A stretch of DNA of 63,177 nucleotides, the filler included, from Babesia bigemina (taxonomy: Eukaryota), in NCBI RefSeq assembly GCF_000981445.1. It is 8 parts of 8 records of this genome, joined end to end, with 100 filler letters (N's around TTAATTAATTAA, not from the genome) between each part and the next. Parts side by side here need not be neighbours in the genome. Positions count along the whole stretch, not along the records: positions 50,678 to 60,462 come from NW_012237220.1; positions 60,563 to 63,177 come from NW_012237231.1; 6 more parts are not named here. One strand, given 5' to 3'. Positions 53,609 to 63,177 of the stretch are shown in pieces. Numbering within the stretch: position 1 is the first letter of the stretch; the number at the start of each line of letters is the position of its first letter. The notes below the pieces were generated by a model. The model made no database searches, was not told where the DNA came from, and saw only the letters and a list, made by a program, of their open reading frames with translations. The translations under genes and the position numbers were made by a program.

Positions 53609-54977
53609 TTCCCCTCCCAGTCCCAGTCCTCTCAACCTGCAAACGTATCAATCACCTAGCAACGCACTCACCAACTGCAACTCGTACCACTGCCGCTCCC
53701 ACTTCCCTCAACCTGCAATCATATCAATCACCTAAGCAGCACTCACCAACTGCAACACGTACCACTGCCGCTCCCAGTCCCCTCAACCTGCAAACATATC
53801 AATCACTCAAGCAGCACTCACCAACTGCAACACGAACACTGTCCCTCCCACTTCCCTCAGCCTGCAGACATATCAATCACCTATGCAAACACTCACCAAC
53901 TACTAGACGTACCACTGCCGCTCCCAGTCCCCTCAACCTGCAAACATATCAATCACTCAAGCAGCACTCACCAACTGCAACACGTACCACTGCCGCTCCC
54001 ACTCCACTCAACCTGCAGACATATCAATCACTCAAGCAGCACTCACCAACTGCAACACGCACCACTGCCGCTCCCAGTCCCCTCAACCTGCAAGCATCAA
54101 TCACCTAACCAGCACTCACCAACTAACACGTACCACTGCCGCGCCCAGTCCCCTCAACCTGCGAACATATCAATCACTCAAGCAGCACTCACCAACTAAC
54201 ACGTACCACTGCCGCGCCCAGTCCCCTCAACCTGCGAACATATCAATCACCTAGCAACGCACTCACCAACTGCAACACGTACCACTGCCGCTCCCAGTCC
54301 CCTCAACCTGCAACCATATCAATCACTCAAGCAGCACTCACCAACTGCAACACGCACCACTGCCGCTCCCAGTCCCCTCAACCTGCAAGCATCAATCACC
54401 TAACCAGCACTCACCAACTAACACGTACCACTGCCGCGCCCAGTCCCCTCAACCTGCGAACATATCAATCACCTAGCAACGCACTCACCAACTGCAACAC
54501 GTACCACTGCCGCTCCCAGTCCCCTCAACCTGCGAACATATCAATCACCAAGCAACGCACTCACCAACTGCAACACTACCACTGCCGCTCCCACTCCCCT
54601 CAGCCTGCGAACATGTCAATCACCTATGCAAGCACTCACCAACTGCAACACTACCACTGCCGCTCCCACTCCCCTCAACCTGCAAACATATCAATCACCT
54701 AAGCAGCACTCACCAACTGCAACACGTGCCACTGCCGCTCCCAGTACCCTCAACCTGCGAACATATCAATCACCTATGCAAGCACTCACCAACTGCAACA
54801 CTACCACTGCCGCGCCCAGTCCCCTCAACCTGCGAACATATCAATCACCTAGCAACGCACTCACCAACTGCAACACTACCACTGCCCCTCCCAGTCCCCT
54901 CAACCTGCAAGCATATCAATCACTCAAACAACGCACTCACCAACTGCAACACTACCACTGCCGCTCCCAGTCCCCTC
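53609..54977 (+). repeat. ~75-bp tandem repeat (~18 copies) abutting the start codon of the small gene
   Basis: Same unit as 40267-41298. Confidence 0.96.
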
Positions 54978-55490
54978 ATGAACACCTACCCTCACCGCTG
55001 TATCCCCCCAGTCCAGGCCACCGACACCCACGCTGCCCAGGATACCACAGCTGCCCTGACGCGACGCATGTCATCAGCACCAACCGCCAATCTAAATTAT
55101 TCACTATTCGCAACACGGTTAAAATTGCAGCGAACCCCGTACGCTCAACTCTCACAGTGCAGCAGCACCGTGCTACGAACCGCGGTATAGACGCTATACT
55201 GGCGGAGCGTGTCGGCTACGTGCCTAAATGTGATATTAACAATCGCTACATTGCTGACTATAAACGCCATTTAACCAGGCCAACGCGAATTACGCTACCC
55301 TGCCAGCGACTCGCAACACACGGCTTAGGTCACCCGCCGCGGCCCTCACGACCGCCTACGTAGCGACCAATCACCAAGCCTCACGTGACACTCAGTCGAT
55401 GGGCAACGCGGACGCCTCTCACAGTCAACGCATAACTCAACGCAACAAACAATCAACGTGCTACAACACCCACCAGATTACGGTTCATCC
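54978..55490. repeat. Dispersed ~500-bp conserved spacer, copy 2
   Basis: Homologous to 41299-41788, with TCACGTGA at 55381. Confidence 0.9.
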
Positions 55491-56160
55491 GCCAGCTTAC
55501 CACTTTGCCTGGGTGCCAGCTTAGCACGTTGCCTGGTTGCTAGCTTAGCACCTTGCCTGGTTGCTAGGTTTACACTTTGCCTGGTTGCTAGTTTACCACT
55601 TTGTCTGGGTGCTAACTCAGCACGTTGCCTGAGTGCTCGCTTAGCACTTTGCCTGGGTGCCAGCTTAGCACTTTGCCTGGGTGCTAGCTTAGCACGTTGC
55701 CTGGGTGCTAGCTTACCACTTTGCCTGGTTGCTAGGTTAGCACTATGCCTGTTTGCTAGCTTAGCACTTTGCCTGGGTGCTAGGTCAACACGTTGCCTGG
55801 GTGCTAGCTTAGCACTTTGCCTGTGTGCTAGCTTAGCACTTTGCCTTAGTGCTAGGTTGACACGTTGCCTGAGTGCTAGGTTACCACTTTGCCTGGTTGC
55901 CAGCTTAGCACTTTGCTTGTGTGCTAGCTTAGCACTTAGCCTGGGTGCCAGCTTACCACGTTGCCTGGGTGCTAGGTCGCCACGTAGCCTGGGTGCTAGG
56001 TCAACACTTTGCCTGGTCGCTAGGTCAGCACTTCGCCTGGTTGCTAGCTTAGCACGTTGCCTGGGTGCTAGCTTAGCACTTAGCTTGTGTGCTAGCTTAG
56101 CACTTAGCCTGGGTGCAAGCTTAGCACTTTGCCTGGGTGCTAGGTCAACACGTTGCTTGG
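55491..56160 (+). repeat. 24-bp tandem repeat
   Basis: Same unit as 41790-42357. Confidence 0.96.
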
Positions 56161-56316
56161 TCAACACGTTGCTTTGTCTTACAGTCATCACCTAATCTTG
56201 GTGCTATCTAGTTCACAGGTTGCCGCTAGAGTAATTCGAGACATTAGACTACGTTTGTTGGTTAGGTGAGTAGGTGATTCGCTAAGTGAGTGTAGTGATT
56301 AGAAACGTGAATACAA

Positions 56317-59300
56317 TTACGGCTGTAGATACGATATCTTGGCAAGCCTTCCGACTTGCGCTGCAGCCAACAGCGATTGCGCCGTTATTTTGTGCGATGA
56401 CGGTATCCTCAGGTGTGAGCGTATGTGGAGCACATCCAGTCTGCCAACCATCACGCAGATGAGGTAGAAGAGGGAGAGTGACCAGAGTGCCACGTTGAGC
56501 CATATAAACGGCTGCCTGATTGTGAAAATGAAGTCATCAATTTTTCTAATAAGTTCGACAAGTATAGACTCCTTATTAAATACCTCTTTGAATGCCGTAC
56601 AGAAATTTTGGCACGTGCGTTTTTTCTCGAGTCCATCCTTCCCGTTTAACTTGGCTTGCTGTAGAAACACGAACCCGTATTTTGACAAAGTCGGCAGTGC
56701 TTTTCTGCATTGGACTATAGATTTACAATCGGTATGATGTTCCTTTGGGGTTGGCGGTTTTCTATGCCTTGGACAATCCTTAACACAGCATGTCGTTAAG
56801 CAGTTGGATCCCTTTGGACCGCAGTTAGAGTTGCACTCGTCATATAACTTTTTGAGTAAATCGTAGAATGTCTCAGTCTGGTAAACAATCCATGATAGGT
56901 ATTTATCGGCATATTTAGCTGCATATATATTTCTGATTTCGCTATTGATGGGATACAGATATGGCCCACATACGACCGATTCTCTTGATGTGCATACGAA
57001 ACTGCCGAGACTACCGCTCGAATGCCCCTGCCACACTGCGGAGTGACTAGGGGAAAATAGGTTATGCACTTTGAGCTCATCATATTTGTTCTCGAAGTGC
57101 GCTGCGCTGACGGCTTTGTTAAATGCGCCCTCTCTATGTTCTCTATCCTGCGTGGTCCAGCCGTATATATAATTATAATAGAACGCGAACATGTCGCCTA
57201 GCGTCAGCGGAGGTTTTTGCATGAGACATATAATGCAAGCGCATAGTGAGCGGAGGTGAGATTTTTCACCACAGAAATCTCTTAGAATCTTTCTGAGATC
57301 GGCGCCCGTTTTCGTATGCGATGCTAGTTCACTGATATCACAAAAGCCCATTGGTGTCTTGCACGGCAGGCCGCGGTGATTGGACACAGTGCAGTCCAGC
57401 TTGCAACCTGGCTTTTTGAACTGGTGTGGTAGGAAACCTTGTAGGCCGTCCTCTAGGTACGATTGGAGTGGCGATTTCACACCGCACTTGGGGTGTTGGT
57501 CACCCATTTGCTCATGAATTTGGTCGCGTGTTTGGTTCTTCGTTTGGTCGCATATTTGGTTGGCACATTGCTTCTCATTACACTGCCAGTCCGATCCAGC
57601 GACATACCTACCGTACCAACAATCAGCCCATCCACCGCTCTCACGGCCGTTCTCGCACTGACTGCATAGGAATCGGAACTGGTGATACAGTCTTTCTAAT
57701 ATATCCGCGAGTAAATCAAAGCACGCAGCGGCGTTGCTGGGATAATCGAAGTTTTCCGCGTTGGTGTTGTAGTCAACTGCGTAACGTCCACCCGCGTGGC
57801 CGTGACCCATGATGGCAGTAAGAACCGAGTGGGCGTGCAAACAAACATTTGGCAACATTGTTGTCGCCAGCTGCTGAGCTTTGATGTTTGAGGTCGCAGC
57901 AAGGTTAAGGTCATTTGTAGAAATCTTCTCACGCGGCGTGTTCTTGAATTTTTCAGGTATAGGGATTAATTCCCTGAAATATTTCCGCACTGGCAAAAAT
58001 ACTGGATTCCACCGCAGACCGGCAAGCCACTGTAGCATCTGATAACTGTTCGCGGGATGTTTGGTTGAGGCGCGAACCTCCAGATGACGGACCTCGTAAT
58101 ACTTCTGGAGATAACCATATAGGAAACTGAGGATGCCAGCTCCCCTAGCTCCAAGTAATGCAGTCGTCTGCGATTTTAATTTTTTCTCAAATAACTCCTT
58201 AATTTTTGCACCTGTCATAGTTTTGTCCTTATTCTGCAACTCCCCGTCCTGCTTGTCCTCCTCAGATGGCACCTTATACCCTAGTTTATGTAATAAAGTG
58301 CCGAGCGCGTTGACCAATTTCCCGCCATCCTTGCTCGTATTATATAGACAAATACGCTGAGTTTGATTTGCATAACCTTCTTTATATAACCCCCAACAGT
58401 TGTTCAATAACATTTCGATAATGCTAAGGAACACCTTCGACAACTTTTCACCGTAAGGCGTTAATTTTTCGTTCTGACCAGAATTTTCAGAATCAGACTT
58501 ATTTTCGACCAATTTGTTCGTATTCCAATCTATAGGTTTTCCATCATCATACCCGTTCACATACACCCGCTCCATCTGCTCGACAAACCCCTCCAGCCCC
58601 TTTTTGATCGCATCGAGCAGCTCCGGGTGCCGGGGGTTGGCGAAGGCGGAGGGGTGGAGAGCGGTGAGGGAGGAGGAGAGGGTGGAATGTAGATTAGTGT
58701 AAGTATTATCAAATATATATGTTCTGGGTTGATTAGGGTCGGTTTTGAGGTGGGTGAGTAAATCGGTGAATTTTGAGTTGACAGCGGTGAGTTTGGCGAC
58801 GTTGGGGTCTTCGGTAGGAGACTGAGGTGGCGGATTGGGGGTAATTTGATGATTGATGTAGCCGTAAATATTGGCGAAATAGGTGTGGAAGTGAGTAGAT
58901 AACTGTTGAAATTTCTGAAGATGAACTGCGCCATTCAGTGGTGACGTCAAGGACGGGGCAAACTGACTAATTACATTGAACAATTCAGACCTTTTCGAAT
59001 CGTCAAATTTGGAAGTTTCTGATGATTCTGGATTGTACTTATTACCTCCCATCACTCTCATCAACCCCTTGAACCCGATGCGCAGATCCCTCTCAATCTC
59101 CCCCGGCAACCCCTGCAACTCCTGGCTGACCTTGTCCGCGAACGCGGTGAGCATTAGTTTAGTATGACGAACGTAGCGTTTCCTGAGGTCTGTGATGATT
59201 ATGTTTTTCGAGTCGGTGATTGCCGAGTTTATATACGACTGCAGTCCGCTGACGCATTTGCTACGCAGTCCATCGATTGCGGAAATATATGACTCCACTT

Positions 59301-60462
59301 CCTGTAACCACGTATCTAATTTGCTTTCCACTTCTTCGGCAACATCGAGTATCCTATTAATGCTTGTAGTTAGCGATCTCATGTTGGTGGGTAAGGTTTT
59401 AGTGATGCTTGTAAGCGTTGAGTCTGGTACATTCGTATTGGTCGATTGAGTTTTAAGATTCGAAATGTCGTTTTTGATGCCTTGAACTAACTGCCCTATA
59501 CGCTGTAAATCGCCTTTTGAATTTTCCATGAATTTCTCAATATTGATTTTCATAGATCCGTACTTTTTAAGTACCGTATTACCTCTCTCGGCTGCCTTCG
59601 CATCAAGCGTCTTAATTACGCTTTCTAAAACATTATTTATGAATTCAGAACAAAGGCCAGCATATGCTTCACCATCACTTAAACTTGTAACGTATTCGTT
59701 CATCAATTTTGTGATTTGTATACGCAAGCTGTCTAGATCTGTCTCTATCGCTTTAGGAAATATTTCTACTGCATTATTTAGATCTTCGGCAAATCCTTCA
59801 AGCACTGGTTGGTTTTTCATACGGATACCGATGGACATCAAATCATTCAGCGGCTGAACCACCTTTTTTATTTCCGCAAGCGCCGTATGAATCTTAGGAT
59901 AACGATCTTCGAATATCAAAATATCGTCGCCGACGTAACTGCGGGATGCTACTAATTTCTCTTTATTGTTCTTAACCCAGTCGCTCAATGGTTGGTAAAT
60001 GTCTTTTTTCATGGTACTTTGAAATGCGTTCATTTTGTTTCTAATATCATTTAATAGAGCCTCCACTTTTGTCCTAGTCTCATCATCGACTTTTCTATGT
60101 ATGTCATTGCACCTCTCAACAACTTTCTTAATGCTGTATTCCAAATCGTGACTCTGATTCTGACACGAAAATTGCAGCACGTCTAATTCACGTTTCATGG
60201 CATTTATAGCATTATTAACATTATTACGAGTGTCGAAATTCAAATCAGCAATCTCAGTCTGCAAAGTCTTAGTAGTCTCGGTGAATCCGACAGTCGCCTT
60301 AATTGAATCCTTTAACTTCCGGTTCACGTCATCAACCGCTTGCTTAGCGACATCGGCGTCCCCCCGTCCTCAGGATCATAGTAGTACCTGCAACAGCATT
60401 ATCATTTAATATAGCACTTACCTGAGTTTTAAGCTCTTTCATCTCCCCTTCAAGCTTTTTTA
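56317..60462 (-). CDS. ves1: VESA1-family protein with variant tail; 5' part lost at gap; apparent frameshift in the G6 run near 60360-60365
   Basis: FANPRHPELLDAI, GHGHAGGRYAVDYNTN, HPKCGVKSPLQSYLEDGL, TM and tail GRLDVLHIRSHLRIPSSHKITAQSLLAAAQVGRLAKISYLQP. The upstream frame QVSAILNDNAVAG resembles EVSAITIVNAVAG in ORF 9636. Confidence 0.85.
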
Positions 60463-60562
60463 NNNNNNNNNNNNNNNNNNNNNNNNNNNNNNNNNNNNNN
60501 NNNNNNTTAATTAATTAANNNNNNNNNNNNNNNNNNNNNNNNNNNNNNNNNNNNNNNNNNNN
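60463..60562. other. Artificial contig linker
   Basis: N44-TTAATTAATTAA-N44. Confidence 0.99.
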
Positions 60563-60916
60563 GTGTAGAAACTGCCGGAAATCGTCGTGGTATTCACTCC
60601 AGAGCGATGAAAACGTTTCAGTTTGCTCATGGAAAACGGTGTAACAAGGGTGAACACTATCCCATATCACCAGCTCACCGTCTTTCATTGCCATACGAAA
60701 TTCCGGATGAGCATTCATCAGGCGGGCAAGAATGTGAATAAAGGCCGGATAAAACTTGTGCTTATTTTTCTTTACGGTCTTTAAAAAGGCCGTAATATCC
60801 AGCTGAACGGTCTGGTTATAGGTACATTGAGCAACTGACTGAAATGCCTCAAAATGTTCTTTACGATGCCATTGGGATATATCAACGGTGGTATATCCAG
60901 TGATTTTTTTCTCCAT
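60563..60916 (-). CDS. cat: Chloramphenicol acetyltransferase type A1 (vector; 3' part cut)
   Basis: [44 protein letters not shown]... Confidence 0.99.
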
Positions 60917-61019
60917 TTTAGCTTCCTTAGCTCCTGAAAATCTCGATAACTCAAAAAATACGCCCGGTAGTGATCTTATTTCATTATGGTGAAAGTTGGA
61001 ACCTCTTACGTGCCGATCA
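60917..61019 (-). promoter_or_regulatory. Tn9 cat promoter/leader
   Basis: TGATCGGCACGTAAGAGGTTCCAACTTTCACCATAATGAAATAAG...AAGGAAGCTAAA upstream of cat. Confidence 0.9.
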
Positions 61020-61134
61020 ACGTCTCATTTTCGCCAAAAGTTGGCCCAGGGCTTCCCGGTATCAACAGGGACACCAGGATTTATTTATTCTGCGAAGTGA
61101 TCTTCCGTCACAGGTATTTATTCGCGATAAGCTC

Positions 61135-61482
61135 ATGGAGCGGCGTAACCGTCGCACAGGAAGGACAGAGAAAGCGCGGATCTGGGAAGTGACGGACAGA
61201 ACGGTCAGGACCTGGATTGGGGAGGCGGTTGCCGCCGCTGCTGCTGACGGTGTGACGTTCTCTGTTCCGGTCACACCACATACGTTCCGCCATTCCTATG
61301 CGATGCACATGCTGTATGCCGGTATACCGCTGAAAGTTCTGCAAAGCCTGATGGGACATAAGTCCATCAGTTCAACGGAAGTCTACACGAAGGTTTTTGC
61401 GCTGGATGTGGCTGCCCGGCACCGGGTGCAGTTTGCGATGCCGGAGTCTGATGCGGTTGCGATGCTGAAACAATTATCCTGA
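61135..61482 (+). CDS. redF: F-plasmid resolvase C-terminal fragment (vector redF/resD)
   Basis: MERRNRRTGRTEKARIWEVTDRTVRTW...TPHTFRHSYAMH (tyrosine recombinase HxxR motif). Confidence 0.92.
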   Translation: MERRNRRTGRTEKARIWEVTDRTVRTWIGEAVAAAAADGVTFSVPVTPHTFRHSYAMHMLYAGIPLKVLQSLMGHKSISSTEVYTKVFALDVAARHRVQFAMPESDAVAMLKQLS

Positions 61483-61874
61483 GAATAAATGCCTTGGCCT
61501 TTATATGGAAATGTGGAACTGAGTGGATATGCTGTTTTTGTCTGTTAAACAGAGAAGCTGGCTGTTATCCACTGAGAAGCGAACGAAACAGTCGGGAAAA
61601 TCTCCCATTATCGTAGAGATCCGCATTATTAATCTCAGGAGCCTGTGTAGCGTTTATAGGAAGTAGTGTTCTGTCATGATGCCTGCAAGCGGTAACGAAA
61701 ACGATTTGAATATGCCTTCAGGAACAATAGAAATCTTCGTGCGGTGTTACGTTGAAGTGGAGCGGATTATGTCAGCAATGGACAGAACAACCTAATGAAC
61801 ACAGAACCATGATGTGGTCTGTCCTTTTACAGCCAGTAGTGCTCGCCGCAGTCGAGCGACAGGGCGAAGCCCTC

Positions 61875-62493
61875 GGCTGGTTGCCCTCGCCGCTGGGCTG
61901 GCGGCCGTCTATGGCCCTGCAAACGCGCCAGAAACGCCGTCGAAGCCGTGTGCGAGACACCGCGGCCGGCCGCCGGCGTTGTGGATACCTCGCGGAAAAC
62001 TTGGCCCTCACTGACAGATGAGGGGCGGACGTTGACACTTGAGGGGCCGACTCACCCGGCGCGGCGTTGACAGATGAGGGGCAGGCTCGATTTCGGCCGG
62101 CGACGTGGAGCTGGCCAGCCTCGCAAATCGGCGAAAACGCCTGATTTTACGCGAGTTTCCCACAGATGATGTGGACAAGCCTGGGGATAAGTGCCCTGCG
62201 GTATTGACACTTGAGGGGCGCGACTACTGACAGATGAGGGGCGCGATCCTTGACACTTGAGGGGCAGAGTGCTGACAGATGAGGGGCGCACCTATTGACA
62301 TTTGAGGGGCTGTCCACAGGCAGAAAATCCAGCATTTGCAAGGGTTTCCGCCCGTTTTTCGGCCACCGCTAACCTGTCTTTTAACCTGCTTTTAAACCAA
62401 TATTTATAAACCTTGTTTTTAACCAGGGCTGCGCCCTGTGCGCGTGACCGCGCACGCCGAAGGGGGGTGCCCCCCCTTCTCGAACCCTCCCGG
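61875..62493. other. RK2 oriV (TrfA iterons, AT-rich region)
   Basis: Repeated TGACAGATGAGGGGC / TGACACTTGAGGGGC iterons. Confidence 0.95.
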
Positions 62494-62569
62494 TCGAGTG
62501 AGCGAGGAAGCACCAGGGAACAGCACTTATATATTCTGCTTACACACGATGCCTGAAAAAACTTCCCTT

Positions 62570-62780
62570 GGGGTTATCCACTTATCCACGGGGATATTTT
62601 TATAATTATTTTTTTTATAGTTTTTAGATCTTCTTTTTTAGAGCGCCTTGTAGGCCTTTATCCATGCTGGTTCTAGAGAAGGTGTTGTGACAAATTGCCC
62701 TTTCAGTGTGACAAATCACCCTCAAATGACAGTCCTGTCTGTGACAAATTGCCCTTAACCCTGTGACAAATTGCCCTCAG
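62570..62780. other. F plasmid ori2/oriS (DnaA boxes + four RepE iterons)
   Basis: TTATCCAC twice from 62574; TGTGACAAATTGCCCT-type repeats at 62685-62779. Confidence 0.95.
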
Positions 62781-62832
62781 AAGAAGCTGTTTTTTCACAA
62801 AGTTATCCCTGCTTATTGACTCTTTTTTATTT

Positions 62833-63177
<345 letters not shown>

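Noticed and set aside
54626..55363. Plus-strand ORF with apparent homologue at 41390-41629 (AERVGYVPKCDIN)
   Set aside because: The similarity follows from duplicated DNA. Start and stop differ between copies and the N-terminus is repeat-derived.
60388..60421. 34-nt GTAAGT..TGCAG intron-like string on the minus strand
   Set aside because: Removing it leads to in-frame TGA codons, and it translates as VSAILNDNAVAG, homologous to coding sequence in a paralogue. A one-base error in the G6 run explains the frame break better.
60563..61482. cat and recombinase as horizontal transfer or a natural mobile element
   Set aside because: The gene order is that of the engineered cloning vector and it sits on its own contig.

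Overview
This is eukaryotic parasite DNA plus cloning vector, not a prokaryotic locus. The window is 8 contigs joined by identical artificial 100-bp linkers (44 N + TTAATTAATTAA + 44 N), so order across gaps is unknown. Most of it is a Babesia (B. bigemina/B. ovata-like, inferred from protein motifs) variant erythrocyte surface antigen (ves/VESA1-family) array: 9 large ves genes or fragments and one small Cys-rich, transmembrane ves-like ORF. Within each contig the genes are co-oriented and separated by strictly ordered, polar satellite cassettes. Class A runs ves stop > 12-bp array > 20-bp array > ~22-bp GGGTTAGGG-bearing array > conserved leader ORF > next ves. Class B runs ves stop > 24-bp array > ~500-bp spacer > 75-bp array > small Cys-rich gene. 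One GC-rich contig (13243-16482) carries ordinary apicomplexan genes and ends at a pCC1FOS-type cloning junction. The last contig (60563-63177) is fosmid vector (cat, redF, RK2 oriV, F ori2, repE). Main observations: the 75-bp repeat reads as a chain of intron-like units leading into a gene; none of the six visible ves 5' ends has a continuous leader-ATG-to-body frame; ves domains are shuffled around conserved nucleotide islands; and the intergenic satellites resemble ves-internal coding repeats. Family and species assignments rest on recalled motifs, not database searches.
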